A stretch of DNA of 64,000 nucleotides from an uncultured Planctomycetota bacterium (GCA_964485695.1 CAZAKZ010000010.1:1280-65279), one strand, 5' to 3'. Positions 1-10,377 are shown, counted from the stretch's first letter. Translations and numbers: made by a program. The notes: a model not told the origin generated them from the sequence alone.

Positions 1-678
1 CAAGCCGAGAGAAATTAGCCCGCGCTCGAGAAAGGCGAAGGTCCTGGAAAGCCTGCGCCCGAGGGCCCGATTCGGGTGTATGAAACGGGGCTGTAACACA
101 CCGGCAGCGTCGGGTAAGAGATAGGGCCGGAGGTAATCCCCTGGATTGAAACCGGCAAACTCGGGGGAATTATTCATCACGTCGTTGGACGGAAAGAAGA
201 CCAGTACAACCGCGTCCGGAGCCAGGTGTGATCCGAACCTGCGGAGGAGAAGAAGCTCCTGGGCAGTTCCATAGGCGTCCGAACAGAGGGAGTAGACCTC
301 GGTGGGTCGGCCTCTAGCCAAGATCCGCTGCCTTGTCTGTTGAGTTATCAGGCGGTCTTCCCGGACGGCAAAGGCGTTCAGGAACGAGTCTCCAACAAAA
401 ACGAGTCGATTCCTGCCGTCCGGACGGGTTCTTGCAGTTATTGGAAATTCGGGGCTGCGAAATCCCTCACTGTTGATCTGGTAAATATACTCACCGAACT
501 CGTCGTTGTGTTGTTTCTCGGACCCTGCCTTCATCCTGAAGCCGAATTCCCTGTCCAGCTGGAGGCTTCCCCAGTACATGGGCGGGTCGAGGACAAGCCG
601 GACCCCCACTTCGACCAGCAGGAGGCCGACACAGGTGAAGAATAAAATGAAGAGGACCTTCCTGAATAGCTTTTTCAT
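1..678 (-). CDS. SGNH/GDSL-type hydrolase with N-terminal membrane anchor (partial; C-terminus lies beyond the window start)
   Basis: Absent from the ORF track because no stop codon falls inside the window. The reverse-strand ATG (plus-strand CAT at 676-678) opens a frame that stays open to nt 1 (226 codons). Translation starts MKKLFRKVLFILFFTCVGLLLVEVGVRL (hydrophobic anchor) and includes NRLVFVGDSFLNAF (GDS block I of SGNH hydrolases). The + strand ORFs 340-645 and 506-712 are its antisense shadows. Confidence 0.55.
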   Translation of the reverse strand, partial: MKKLFRKVLFILFFTCVGLLLVEVGVRLVLDPPMYWGSLQLDREFGFRMKAGSEKQHNDEFGEYIYQINSEGFRSPEFPITARTRPDGRNRLVFVGDSFLNAFAVREDRLITQQTRQRILARGRPTEVYSLCSDAYGTAQELLLLRRFGSHLAPDAVVLVFFPSNDVMNNSPEFAGFNPGDYLRPYLLPDAAGVLQPRFIHPNRALGRRLSRTFAFLERGLISLGL

Positions 679-891
679 TGGCCCTCGTTCAAGCCAGAGG
701 TCTGATTACTAATGAACAATGAGAGCAAAGGTATGCTGAAGTATAGGTGAAACAAATACCCATATTATCCCTTTTGGGATTTAGCTGCAACTTCGCACCT
801 CAAGACTTCAATTTCGAATACCTCAGTATCAGCTCCGCCCATGCATATATTTGACTGCAGGGCGATTCATCATTCCCGTCGGCGTCTGCAC

Positions 892-1078
892 TTAGGGGCC
901 GCGCAAGAATAAATTCACATTTTCGCATCTCATCTTCGGGCCATCTTCGACAGGGCCTCGCTCGCGAAATCCTCGACATATTGCCTGTAATATGCCTCCG
1001 GTTTCGCTCACTCGGGTCTGTCAAAGCTGACCCGAACCTGAGCGCGAAAATGTGAATTTATTCTTGCGCGGCCCCTTA
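892..1078. mobile_element. MITE-like non-autonomous element with 32-bp perfect terminal inverted repeats and a TTA direct duplication
   Basis: 895-926 GGGGCCGCGCAAGAATAAATTCACATTTTCGC is the exact reverse complement of 1044-1075. The 117-bp AT-richer core has no credible ORF. TTA is present immediately outside both ends (892-894 and 1076-1078). The element lies in an intergenic gap of locally lower GC. Confidence 0.55.
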
Positions 1079-1127
1079 CCACAGGCTGTTAAGGTAGGAT
1101 TCTGATTTCAGCCAAAACCGCAAGCGG

Positions 1128-3542
1128 TCAGTCTTTCTTCCCGCCCTGGGCTTTGGCGTCTCGCTTGCGGAGATTATCGATCAGCTCGGTGACCGCTTTG
1201 CGGAGAGCCTCGCTTGCGAGTCTGTTCTTTACGATGGCCTCGAGCTTCGGAATATGGTCGGAGCCGGCGTGGCTACCGAGCGTGTGCAATGCCAGGTTGC
1301 GCTCGTCCTTGGGCCGCTCCCTCGTCGCGAGGTATTGCACGAAGAAATCGACTACGATGGGACGGGTTTCAGGTCCAATACCTTTTGCCAGACCCCAGAG
1401 CGCCCGCTCACGATCGGTGAAGTACCGGTCATTGGCCGCGCGGATCAGGGCCCGCACCACGGCTGGGGACTTGGGATCGAGTCGTGACAATACAAAGTAG
1501 ATCGCGTACGAACGGACCTCGAATTGACGGCCGTTCGCGAGCTCGATGATGCGCGCCTCGAGGTCGGGACTCAAGGTGCATGCCCCCTGGAGCCTGGGGA
1601 GGAACATCTGGATCCGCCTGGAATCGCGAGTCTTCAGCCGGGCGAGCACGAGGTCTGCGGCCTTTCCGGTGAGCGCGCCGCCGTTCAGCCGGATCAGGGT
1701 GTGCCAGCCTTCGTCGCCGATCACCTCCGGCGTCGTGCGGAGGATCTTGTCGAGCAGTCCCCGGGCCTCGGCTTCGGCGCCGATCGCCCGAAGCGCATCG
1801 ATGGCCGTGAGGCGGAGCTCACGCGGTCCCGACTCGGCCAGCGCGAGCACTCGGTCGCGAAAGGAGGACGAGTCGTAGTTTGCACCGGCAGTGCGGGCCA
1901 GCGCCATGAGGCCGGCCATTAGATCCAACCGATTCGTGCCGGCCAGCGCTTTCTGGATACGTACGAGTGCCCGGTTTCGTTGCGCCGCATCCGTGAGCTG
2001 CATCAAGTCTTCGATCCATGGCCAGGCGCGCCGGTGCGCCTCCCAGCCGAGCTCCTCGGACTCCTCCTCGGCCTCATCCTCCTGAAGGGTGGCCCGCATG
2101 GCCTCCTCGGCCGGCTGACTGGGCCACTTGCTGGCCGTGCCAGGAACCGGGCCGGCACCCGCTCCTGCCGCAAGGGCGGGCGAATCCGGTGCGAGCGTGA
2201 AATCTCCGGAAGCAGCATTCACGAACTTCGGATCGGCGAGTGTGTTCTCGCCTGCAGCCGCTAGCCTGGCCGCCTCCTTTTCAGGGCTCTCCGCGTCTCC
2301 GCCGCCGGCCCGCTCTCCGCGCGATCCCCAGAAGCCGTTCTTCTCGTTTTTCCAGAAAAAGTTCTTTTCGACCGTGATCGGCCCCTCGTACTTCTTGCTC
2401 GGTCCACCACCGCCGACGTCGCCGGTATGGACCGCGGTCGGATTGGCGAAGAAGACGTTCTTCCGGATCACCGGAGAGGAGGTCCCGAGCACCTCGATGC
2501 CCGAGCGGCGGTTTCGAGCGAAGGTATTCCCTTCAATCGTGTCACGGTTGCCGAACCAGCAGGAGATCCCGGTCATGGCGTTTTCGACGAAGAGATTGCC
2601 CGTCACCGTGGCTCGTGTGTCGCCGGAGGCGTAGATGCCGCACCGGGCGTTCCTGAAAATGCGGTTCCCTGTGATGATGGGGGAAGCGTGATCGTACCGG
2701 ATGCCGTGCCACGCCGAGCCCGAGATGGCACAGCCTTCCACGCGGGTCTGGCCGTCGACGCCGCCGAGCACGAGGCCGCGGTGATGGCAGTTCCGGATGG
2801 TACAGCCGATGATGTGAGCGCGAGTGCCGTCGTCTCCGGAGCGCATCACTTCGATACCGGTGTTCCAGATGCCGACCACCAGGCAGTGCCGAATCTCGAT
2901 GACTGCTCCGAGCCCGACTCCGATTCCACTGGCCGGAGAGCCGACTACCGCGCAGTCGTGGAGCGACACCTTACCACCACGGATGCCAACCACCCAGCCG
3001 GTCATGGCCACGTCCTGTTCGGGCTGGCCTCCGGAGAGGGTGAACCGGAGGCCGCGGACCACGACGCCCTGGGCCCGATCCACGTCCAGGGCGGGCCTGG
3101 GGCCGTATTCCTCGAAAAACTCCTCCCGGATCGCCTGCCGTTCCCGGTCGTTCTTGGCCTTCGCGGCCCGCTTCTGAAACTCGGCGATCAGCTCCGGATC
3201 CTCGAGTCGGCTCGCATCGAAGGTGGACACGATGGCGGCTTTTTCCCAGCCGGCTCCCTCAAGCGTGAGCGGTTTCGTGACCTTCACAGGGCCCGGATAC
3301 GTACCCGGCGCGATGTGGATCACGGACCCGGGAACGGCTTTGTCCACCGCCTGCTGGATCCCGAGGAAATCCCCGCTTCCGTCGGCGGCCACGCGGATGG
3401 CTTGAGGGGTAGAGTCCGGGTGGGGTTTCTCGACCTGGCCGGACGCGGGTCCCGCCGCGAGGGCGAGGCCGATCACGGCTGCCAGGACGTAGGCGACGAA
3501 ATCCGGGCGGGCGGGGGAGGTGGGACAATCTGGGATTCGCAT
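1128..3542 (-). CDS. Secreted or anchored right-handed parallel beta-helix (NosD/CASH-like) protein with C-terminal HEAT/ARM-like helical repeats
   Basis: N-terminal hydrophobic signal or anchor (FVAYVLAAVIGLALAAGPASGQ). It has periodic beta-helix rungs: IRGGKVSLHDCAVVG, HIIGCTIRNCHHRGLVLGG, RVEGCAISGSAWHGIRYD, PIITGNRIFRNARCGIYASG, ATVTGNLFVENAMTGISCW, TIEGNTFARNRRSGIEVLG. An acidic linker (EDEAEEESEE) follows, then about 280 aa of helical repeats. Confidence 0.6.
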   Translation of the reverse strand: MRIPDCPTSPARPDFVAYVLAAVIGLALAAGPASGQVEKPHPDSTPQAIRVAADGSGDFLGIQQAVDKAVPGSVIHIAPGTYPGPVKVTKPLTLEGAGWEKAAIVSTFDASRLEDPELIAEFQKRAAKAKNDRERQAIREEFFEEYGPRPALDVDRAQGVVVRGLRFTLSGGQPEQDVAMTGWVVGIRGGKVSLHDCAVVGSPASGIGVGLGAVIEIRHCLVVGIWNTGIEVMRSGDDGTRAHIIGCTIRNCHHRGLVLGGVDGQTRVEGCAISGSAWHGIRYDHASPIITGNRIFRNARCGIYASGDTRATVTGNLFVENAMTGISCWFGNRDTIEGNTFARNRRSGIEVLGTSSPVIRKNVFFANPTAVHTGDVGGGGPSKKYEGPITVEKNFFWKNEKNGFWGSRGERAGGGDAESPEKEAARLAAAGENTLADPKFVNAASGDFTLAPDSPALAAGAGAGPVPGTASKWPSQPAEEAMRATLQEDEAEEESEELGWEAHRRAWPWIEDLMQLTDAAQRNRALVRIQKALAGTNRLDLMAGLMALARTAGANYDSSSFRDRVLALAESGPRELRLTAIDALRAIGAEAEARGLLDKILRTTPEVIGDEGWHTLIRLNGGALTGKAADLVLARLKTRDSRRIQMFLPRLQGACTLSPDLEARIIELANGRQFEVRSYAIYFVLSRLDPKSPAVVRALIRAANDRYFTDRERALWGLAKGIGPETRPIVVDFFVQYLATRERPKDERNLALHTLGSHAGSDHIPKLEAIVKNRLASEALRKAVTELIDNLRKRDAKAQGGKKD

Positions 3543-3795
3543 GACCGGATCTCCTTGCGGTATGACCTATAGTGTCTCGGGAGAGGGGAGGAATGGTCGA
3601 ATAAAACACCTTTTTACCTTGTCCGAGATCCATCTGCAAGGGTCGAGTCAGCGAGAAGACAGGTCCGGGTCAGGACCATGAACGTCCAGCAGGAAGACTC
3701 TCGGCTCTCCCTGCGGAGAACATCATAACATGCGTATCTTCAGACGACTGTGCGTAGGAGAATGTGATCCGAAATTCGTCGGGCCACAGCGCTAC

Positions 3796-5670
3796 TCATG
3801 CTCCACCGTGCTCCACCGCCGGGTCCTGGTCCATGGACACGTCATGTTTGCTGCAGTACTCCCTCATGCAATTGATAAACGCCTCGCCGTGGTCCTCGCA
3901 TCGCTTGTGGCCGACGCCGTGAACCTCCAGGAATCCTGCCGGGGAGGAGGGGCGCCTGCGCGCCATGTCGCGAAGGGCGGCATCGCTGAAGATCACATAC
4001 GCGGGCACGCTCCTCGTCACGGCCTTCTCGCGCCGGAGAAGCCGTAGGACTTCGAACAGTCCGCGGTCCACGCCCTCCCAGGTGTCGACCTCACCCCGAG
4101 CCACCGATCTGGCCGAGGCCTTTTTCTTCGGCGGCGGCTTCGGCTTCAGGAGCCGCGGAGTCACTTCCCCGCGGAGGAGGCGGGCACCCTCCGCGGTCAA
4201 CTTCAGGACGTTGTACTCCCCTGATTTTTGCAGGTAATCCTGTCCGACGAGCTGTTCGATCCAGTCGCGAATGGTGCGGCGGCTCTCCCCGGACAGGACT
4301 CCGTAGGTGGGCAGTCGATCATGCTTGTTCCCGAGAATCCGCTGATCCTTCGATCCGTGGAGAACCATGGCTGTGTAGTCGCCCCCGAAGAACTGGTTCA
4401 GCCTGACCACGCAGGACAGGATCTTCTGGCCGGTCGTGAGTGCATCTTCCACCAGTTCGAGCTCACCGAGGCAAACATCACAGGCCTTGCAGGATGCCGC
4501 GGCATAGGTCTCGCCGAAGTAGTCGAGAAGGACCCTGCGCCGGCACACGACCCCCGTGGCGTAATCGTGCATGGCGGAAAGCAATCCAAGGGAAGCCTTC
4601 TGGCTCTCGACCTCTGAGCGGGCGATCAAGTTCTTCCAGAGCATGAAGTCCCGGTCCGAGTAGAACAGGCAGCATTCTCCCTCCAGACCGTCACGGCCGG
4701 CCCTGCCGCTTTCCTGCTGATAGGACTCGAGCGACTTCGGCATACCGGCGTGGACCACATACCGCACGTTCGACTTGTCGATCCCCATGCCAAAGGCCAC
4801 GGTAGCGACCATGATGTCGATCCGCTCCTGGATGAATGCCTCCTGGTTCTTCCGGCGGTCGTCGTCCGCCATACCGGCGTGGTAGGGCAGGACCCGATAC
4901 CCCAGATTCGCCAGCTCACCGGCGAGGCGGTCCACCTCCGCCCGGCTGATGCAGTAGATTATGCCCGACTCCCCCCGGTGGCGGTCCACCACTTCACGCA
5001 CCTGTTTCAGGCGATCGTGCCGTCGTGCGACCTTGTACACCAGGTTCGGCCGGTCAAAGGAGCCGACCAGAACCTCCGGATCCGTCAGCCGTAGCTGTCG
5101 CGCAATGTCGTCTCTGACGTGGTGAGTCGCAGTTGCGGTGTATGCGTGCACGCAGATGCCGGGATAGGCTTCTTTCAGGATACTCAGCTCACGATATTCC
5201 GGCCTGAAATCATGCCCCCACGCGCTGATGCAGTGCGCCTCGTCCACGGCGATAAAGGCCAGTTGAACGGTTTGCAGGAAGGAGATCGTGCGGTCCATCA
5301 CCAGGCGCTCGGGAGCCACGTAGAGCAGCTTCAGACGATCCGCCCGGATCTCGTCCACCACCCTCTGTCGCTCGATCATGGAATACGTGCTGTTGATGCA
5401 CCCGGCCGGCACCCCACACGTCCGGAGGGCATCCACCTGGTCCTTCATGAGGGATATCAAAGGAGATACCACGACGGCCAGGCCCGGCATGCAAAGGGCC
5501 GGTGCCTGGAAGCAGAGCGATTTGCCTCCGCCGGTCGGCAGGACCACCACCGAGTCACGGCCTTCGAGAACGCACCCCATGGCCTCCCTCTGAAGCGGCA
5601 GAAATCCCTCGTACCCCCAGGTTCTCTGGAGCACGGACGGCAAGGAATCGAGACCTGTTTCCGTGGTCAT
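3796..5670 (-). CDS. recQ: ATP-dependent DNA helicase RecQ
   Basis: Motifs seen are Walker A LPTGGGKS, DEAH box (VDEAHCISAWGHDFRPEY), a RecQ-Ct Cys cluster (CRRRVLLDYFGE...CKACDVC) and a C-terminal HRDC (AYVIFSDAALRDMARRRP). The track ORF runs to 6084. Its first 138 codons overlap the divergent EF-G gene and lack helicase character. The ATG at 5670 (plus CAT 5668-5670) gives MTTETGLDSLPSVLQRTWGYEGFLPLQ, a typical RecQ N-terminus. Confidence 0.9.
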   Translation of the reverse strand: MTTETGLDSLPSVLQRTWGYEGFLPLQREAMGCVLEGRDSVVVLPTGGGKSLCFQAPALCMPGLAVVVSPLISLMKDQVDALRTCGVPAGCINSTYSMIERQRVVDEIRADRLKLLYVAPERLVMDRTISFLQTVQLAFIAVDEAHCISAWGHDFRPEYRELSILKEAYPGICVHAYTATATHHVRDDIARQLRLTDPEVLVGSFDRPNLVYKVARRHDRLKQVREVVDRHRGESGIIYCISRAEVDRLAGELANLGYRVLPYHAGMADDDRRKNQEAFIQERIDIMVATVAFGMGIDKSNVRYVVHAGMPKSLESYQQESGRAGRDGLEGECCLFYSDRDFMLWKNLIARSEVESQKASLGLLSAMHDYATGVVCRRRVLLDYFGETYAAASCKACDVCLGELELVEDALTTGQKILSCVVRLNQFFGGDYTAMVLHGSKDQRILGNKHDRLPTYGVLSGESRRTIRDWIEQLVGQDYLQKSGEYNVLKLTAEGARLLRGEVTPRLLKPKPPPKKKASARSVARGEVDTWEGVDRGLFEVLRLLRREKAVTRSVPAYVIFSDAALRDMARRRPSSPAGFLEVHGVGHKRCEDHGEAFINCMREYCSKHDVSMDQDPAVEHGGA

Positions 5671-5953
5671 CTGATGAGAGCTTCCGTGGTCAAACTCGGC
5701 TCTCCTGCAAGTCGGATAATTTTGAGACCGGTTTCGAAATATCCGGAAATTTTTGGAGTAATCGCAAAATCGACACGCGTCTAGAGACGGCCGGATTCGG
5801 TATCCCCTGTGGCTGCCCTCCTTGATGACCAGCCTCCGGACCCTCCCCCGCCGAATCCCTTGCCCGCAGGGAGGGTTGGCATTAAAGAGAGGGGTCCGAA
5901 AAGACGGGTAGGACACCCCGGGTTCAAAACGATATTCATGAGACGAGCCTCCG

Positions 5954-8083
5954 ATGAAGGCTGAACAGAAAATGAAGAAGATCCGCGTTCCCTGGGCGGG
6001 CAACGGCCGGGGACGCAGTCCGCGTGTGGACCTCCGGAACATCGGTATCATGGCGCATATCGACGCCGGAAAGACCACCGTCACCGAGCGGATCCTCTTC
6101 TACAGCGGCCGCATCCACAGGACCGGCGAGGTCCATGACGGCAGGGCCAAGATGGACTATCTCGCCGAGGAGCAGGAGCGTGGCATCACCATCACCGCCG
6201 CAGCCACCAACTGCGAGTGGCGGGGGGTGCGCATCAACATCATCGACACCCCGGGCCACGTCGACTTCACCGCCGAGGTGCAGCGGAGCCTCCGCGTCCT
6301 GGACGGCGCCGTGGCCGTGTTCGACGCCGTGGCCGGCGTCGAAGCCCAGTCCGAAACCGTGTGGCGCCAGGCGAATCGTTTCAAGGTTCCCAGACTGGTG
6401 TTCATAAACAAGATGGATCGACTCGGCGCGAATTTCGACCACGTCGTGGAAAGCATCGAGGACCGTCTGGGCGCCCGGACCCTCCCTCTCTCGTATCCCA
6501 TCGGAACCGGGCCGGACTACCGCGGCATCATCGATGTCATCGAGAACGTGGCCGTCTACTACGACGACGAGAGCGGTGGCCGGGTTTTCCGGGAAGAGGC
6601 CGTGCCCGAGACGCTGGCCGAGAAGGCCGCGGCGCTTCGCACCGAGATGATCGAGACGGTGGCCGACCAGGACGACGACCTGATGGAGAAATACCTGAAC
6701 GGCGAGGACCCGACCCCCGAGGTGCTTCGCAACGCCATCCGCGCGGCCGTGGTCTCGGGCGCAGTGGTGCCGGTGCTGTGCGGATCCGCCCTGAAAAACA
6801 AGGGCATCCAGCGTCTTCTGGACGCGGTCTGCTACTACCTGCCGCATCCCCTGGAAAGGGAGACGGTCGCCTGCGAGGACCTGGAGGGCCGAGAGGTTCT
6901 GCTCAGGCCCCTGCCCGAGGAGACCTTTGCAGCGCTGGCCTTCAAGACCGTGACTTCGGCGGGGGGAGATCTCACGTTTCTCCGGATCTACTCGGGCACG
7001 CTCCGGGCCGGGGATCAGGTCTTTAATCCGACCGTGAACAGGCGAGAGCGGGCCGGCCGAATCGTCATGCTGCACGCCGGTGAGCAGGAGTCCGTAACCA
7101 GCCTCGAAGCAGGGCAGATCGGTGCCGTCATCGGCCTCAAGCAGACCACCACCGGCGACACCCTGTGCGCCCCTGAGCGCCCAGTGGTGCTGGAGAGAAT
7201 GGATTTCCCGGAACCGGTCATCCAGATCGCCATCCAGCCGAATAAGACCGCGGACCGCGACGGCCTGACGCGCGCCCTCGGTGTCCTGGCCCGGGAGGAT
7301 CCCACCTTCCGCCGCACCACCGACGAGGAGACCGGCGAGACTCTCATCGCCGGCATGGGTGAGCTCCACCTCGAGGTACTGTTGAACAGGCTGCAACGGG
7401 ATTTCCGGCTGGGGGTAAAGACCGGCAAGCCCCAGGTGGCCTACCGCCAGGCCCTGGCCGCACCGTGCGACCTGGAGGCCCGCCACGTCAAACAGTCGGG
7501 GGGGCGCGGCCAGTTTGCCGTGGTCAAGATGCGGTTCGAGCCCGTGGAGTCCACTTCCATCGAGTTCCTCAGCGAGGTGGTCGGTGGCAACGTACCGAGG
7601 AATTACATCCCGTCGGTGGAGGCCGGGGTGCGCAGCGCCCTCGAGGAGGGATTCCCCCTGGGATTTCCATTCACCGGCGTCAACGTCGTCCTCTATGACG
7701 GAAAGTACCACGAGGTGGACTCCTCCGAGCAGGCGTTCCGGTCGGTGGCCAGGAAGGCCGTGCGGGAGGTCACGGCCAGGGTGGGCGTCGTCATCCTGGA
7801 GCCCATGATGAAGATCGAAGTCGTCACGCCGGACGAGTTCACCAGCACCGTGATCGGAAGCCTGAACGCCCGGCGGATGGTCATCGACGAGATCGGCGGG
7901 GAGACCAGCGGTCTCCGGGATATCACCGGCCTGGTTCCGCTGGCCGAGATGTTCGGGTACGCTACCGTCCTCCGGAGCGCCACCCAGGGTCGAGGGACCT
8001 TCACCCTGGAGCCCGCCCTGTTCGCCCGGGCCCCCCACGAGATCGCCGAGAAGATCCGGAAAGAGGCCCTGGACAGGCGGTAA
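5954..8083 (+). CDS. fusA: Elongation factor G family GTPase (stand-alone paralog, not in an rpsL-rpsG-fusA-tuf context)
   Basis: G1 [10 protein letters not shown]3 DTPGHVDF and G4 NKMDR are present, with full-length EF-G domain II-V-like sequence (709 aa). An alternative start is ATG 5972 (MKKIRVPW). The N-terminus before RNIGI is longer than in canonical EF-G. Confidence 0.85.
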   Translation: MKAEQKMKKIRVPWAGNGRGRSPRVDLRNIGIMAHIDAGKTTVTERILFYSGRIHRTGEVHDGRAKMDYLAEEQERGITITAAATNCEWRGVRINIIDTPGHVDFTAEVQRSLRVLDGAVAVFDAVAGVEAQSETVWRQANRFKVPRLVFINKMDRLGANFDHVVESIEDRLGARTLPLSYPIGTGPDYRGIIDVIENVAVYYDDESGGRVFREEAVPETLAEKAAALRTEMIETVADQDDDLMEKYLNGEDPTPEVLRNAIRAAVVSGAVVPVLCGSALKNKGIQRLLDAVCYYLPHPLERETVACEDLEGREVLLRPLPEETFAALAFKTVTSAGGDLTFLRIYSGTLRAGDQVFNPTVNRRERAGRIVMLHAGEQESVTSLEAGQIGAVIGLKQTTTGDTLCAPERPVVLERMDFPEPVIQIAIQPNKTADRDGLTRALGVLAREDPTFRRTTDEETGETLIAGMGELHLEVLLNRLQRDFRLGVKTGKPQVAYRQALAAPCDLEARHVKQSGGRGQFAVVKMRFEPVESTSIEFLSEVVGGNVPRNYIPSVEAGVRSALEEGFPLGFPFTGVNVVLYDGKYHEVDSSEQAFRSVARKAVREVTARVGVVILEPMMKIEVVTPDEFTSTVIGSLNARRMVIDEIGGETSGLRDITGLVPLAEMFGYATVLRSATQGRGTFTLEPALFARAPHEIAEKIRKEALDRR

Positions 8084-8086
8084 GCG

Positions 8087-9271
8087 CTACCCGACCGCTT
8101 CCTGGTAGACGCCTTCCAGGATGTCCAGGTGCCGCTGCTTCACGAATTGTTCGCGGACACGATCCGGCCCGGCCCTGCCCAGGTCGCCGGCGCGGGCGGG
8201 ATTCTCCACCATTTCGGTCAATGCCGAGGCCAGGCCCTCCACGTCTCCCCGGGGCACCAGGATGCCGGTCCGGTCGGGATCCAGCCACTCTCGGACGCCG
8301 CCCACGTCGAAGGCCACCACCGGCTTGCCTCGAGCCATGGCCTCCAGCCCCACGATGCCGAAGGGCTCGTTCCACATGCTTGGGAAGGCGATGACGCGGG
8401 CGTGCCGCATGAGGTCGAGGGCCTCGGCGTGTTCGACAAAGCCCGGGAACTCCACCCGGTCGGCGAGTCCCAGGGATCGTGCATGGTCCCGGATCATGTC
8501 CAGGTGCTTGCCCGTGCCGACCAGCCTGGCCTTGAAGGGGACCTCGATGCGGGCCAGGGCATCCAGGAGCGGGAGGAGCCCCTTGTCCGGGTGTTCCATG
8601 CGGCAGAGGGCGAGGATCAGCGGGGGATCGCTCTCTTGGATGTCGCCCGGCTCGGGCACGGCGGTGTAGTAGGGATTGATTGTGATGCGGTCAGTGGCCA
8701 CCCCCACCCGTTCCAGCTCTTCCTTCATGTACTTGGATGCGACCATCAATCTCTTCAGGTCCCGGTGCACCGAGAGAAGCCGATTGTGGATCTTCAGGAA
8801 CTTTGCAGCGACCTTCTCGGTCGAGTGCCGGAAGCAGAAGCAGCCTCCTCGGTGATACTTCTCGAGACAGTACGGGCCCATGGACCGGTTGCACAGGCTC
8901 CCGTCGGCGAATTCCTTGTTGAGGCCCGGGCAGAACATGGTGTGATCGTGGACGTAGCGGATGGAGGGGCGGAGTTTCGCGGCCAGCTTCACCACGCCAG
9001 CGTTCAGGGTGTTGTGGATATGGATGAGGTCGGGATCGACCGTATGCACGATCGCCCTGAAGCGCCGTCCGTGGCGCAAATCCAAGCGCCTTTCGTATCC
9101 GGCGACGCCGGGGAGGGCATGGAAGGAGGCCGCGGCGCCGTCGGTCAGGTCCTTCTCGGCAGCCACCTCGGAAGTGTGGCCGCGATCGGCCAGGTCGGGG
9201 ATGAGCTTGTAGAGATAGCTCTCAGTGCCGCCGACAACGCCGAAGGTGTAATTGACATGCAGGATCTTCAC
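8087..9271 (-). CDS. Glycosyltransferase, GT4 (GT-B fold) family
   Basis: N-terminus MKILHVNYTFGVVGGTESY. C-terminal donor-binding motif FPSMWNEPFGIVGLEAMARGKPVV. Cys-rich insertion HDHTMFCPGLNKEFADGSLCNRSMGPYCLEKYHRGGCFC. Its start overlaps the gmd stop by 4 nt (9268-9271). Confidence 0.8.
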   Translation of the reverse strand: MKILHVNYTFGVVGGTESYLYKLIPDLADRGHTSEVAAEKDLTDGAAASFHALPGVAGYERRLDLRHGRRFRAIVHTVDPDLIHIHNTLNAGVVKLAAKLRPSIRYVHDHTMFCPGLNKEFADGSLCNRSMGPYCLEKYHRGGCFCFRHSTEKVAAKFLKIHNRLLSVHRDLKRLMVASKYMKEELERVGVATDRITINPYYTAVPEPGDIQESDPPLILALCRMEHPDKGLLPLLDALARIEVPFKARLVGTGKHLDMIRDHARSLGLADRVEFPGFVEHAEALDLMRHARVIAFPSMWNEPFGIVGLEAMARGKPVVAFDVGGVREWLDPDRTGILVPRGDVEGLASALTEMVENPARAGDLGRAGPDRVREQFVKQRHLDILEGVYQEAVG

Positions 9272-10314
9272 GACTTGCGCCGGGCGACGCCGGCCTTGAC
9301 CATGTCGGCGATGAGGTCCTCAAAGGTGAACTCGGGCTTCCAGCCGAGGATGTTTCGGGCTTTTTCAGCGTCTCCCAGGAGGACGTCCACCTCGGTGGGC
9401 CGGTAATGGACCGGATTGATGTTGACGATGGTACGGCCCTCATCGTCCTTTCCGATCTCCTCGGTGCCGGTGCCGTCCCAGTGGACGCGTGTTCCGATGG
9501 CCGGATTGGAGAAGGTGAGCTCTACCATTTTTCGCACGCTCTGGGTCTCTCCGGTTGCCAGTACATAATCGCCAGGTCTGTCCTGCTGGAGCATCATCCA
9601 CATGCCGCGAACGTAATCCAGTGCGTGTCCCCAGTCCCGCTTGGCATCCAGATTGCCGAGCGAAAGTGCCGGCGGATTCCCCTTGGCGCCGCCGTTCTTC
9701 CAGTCGAGGTAGTCCAGGGCGCCCTCCACCACTTTCTGGGTGACGAACTCCAGGCCGCGGCGCGGTGACTCGTGGTTGAAGAGGATGCCGTTACAGGCGT
9801 AGAGGCCGGCGGCCTCGCGCATATTGACGGTATGCCAGTAGGCTGCCAGCTTGGACGTGCCGTAAGGAGAACGCGGATGGAAGTCATGCTTCTCGGAGAG
9901 GGGTTCCTCCGAGAGGCCCCCATACATTTCACTGGTCGAGGCCTGATAGAATCGTGTGTGAGAGCTCTGAAGGCGGATGCCCTCGAGGAGGTTGACCACG
10001 CCTATGAGGTTGGCCATGATGGTGGACACCGGGTTGTCGAAGGAGTAGCGAACAAAGGACTGAGCGGCCAGATTGTAGCACTCGTCGATGCGGTAGATGG
10101 TGAACAGCCGGCTCAGATAGGTTGAATCTTCCAGATCCCCGGAGACGAGGGTCAGGTTGGGGTGGTTCTTCAGATGCTGGATGTTCTGCTGGGAATCCGT
10201 GGCGCTTCGTCGGACCAGGCCGATGACGTGCCTGTACTTCTTCTCGTCCAGCAGGAATTCCGCCAGATAGGATCCGTCTTGACCCGTGATTCCCGTGATC
10301 ATCGCCGTCTTCAT
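9268..10314 (-). CDS. gmd: GDP-mannose 4,6-dehydratase
   Basis: ITGITGQDGSYLAEFLL Rossmann motif, catalytic STSEMYG and YGTSKLAAYW (YxxxK), and NHESPRRG signature. Confidence 0.9.
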   Translation of the reverse strand: MKTAMITGITGQDGSYLAEFLLDEKKYRHVIGLVRRSATDSQQNIQHLKNHPNLTLVSGDLEDSTYLSRLFTIYRIDECYNLAAQSFVRYSFDNPVSTIMANLIGVVNLLEGIRLQSSHTRFYQASTSEMYGGLSEEPLSEKHDFHPRSPYGTSKLAAYWHTVNMREAAGLYACNGILFNHESPRRGLEFVTQKVVEGALDYLDWKNGGAKGNPPALSLGNLDAKRDWGHALDYVRGMWMMLQQDRPGDYVLATGETQSVRKMVELTFSNPAIGTRVHWDGTGTEEIGKDDEGRTIVNINPVHYRPTEVDVLLGDAEKARNILGWKPEFTFEDLIADMVKAGVARRKS

Positions 10315-10377
10315 TTTTCGTGTCTCCCACGCTCAAGAAGTCGTATCAGTCCCTGAATTTCTGATTTTCCGGATGGA

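Noticed and set aside
340-712. Plus-strand ORFs 340-645 and 506-712
   Set aside because: They are antisense to the open minus-strand frame (1-678), which encodes a membrane anchor and a GDS(F) SGNH motif.
800-1024. 74-aa ORF inside the MITE-like element
   Set aside because: It starts within the element core and runs through the left TIR and beyond the element's left end (892). It has no RBS and an arbitrary composition. The inverted-repeat structure explains the region better.
5671-6084. N-terminal 138-codon extension of the RecQ ORF
   Set aside because: It overlaps the divergent EF-G start and has no helicase similarity. The internal ATG at 5670 yields the conserved RecQ N-terminus.
5936-8038. 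700-aa ORF on the minus strand covering the whole EF-G gene
   Set aside because: It is an antisense shadow of a GC-rich gene. Its composition is dominated by G/L/R/H/D/P and no motif is recognisable. The plus strand encodes canonical EF-G GTPase motifs.
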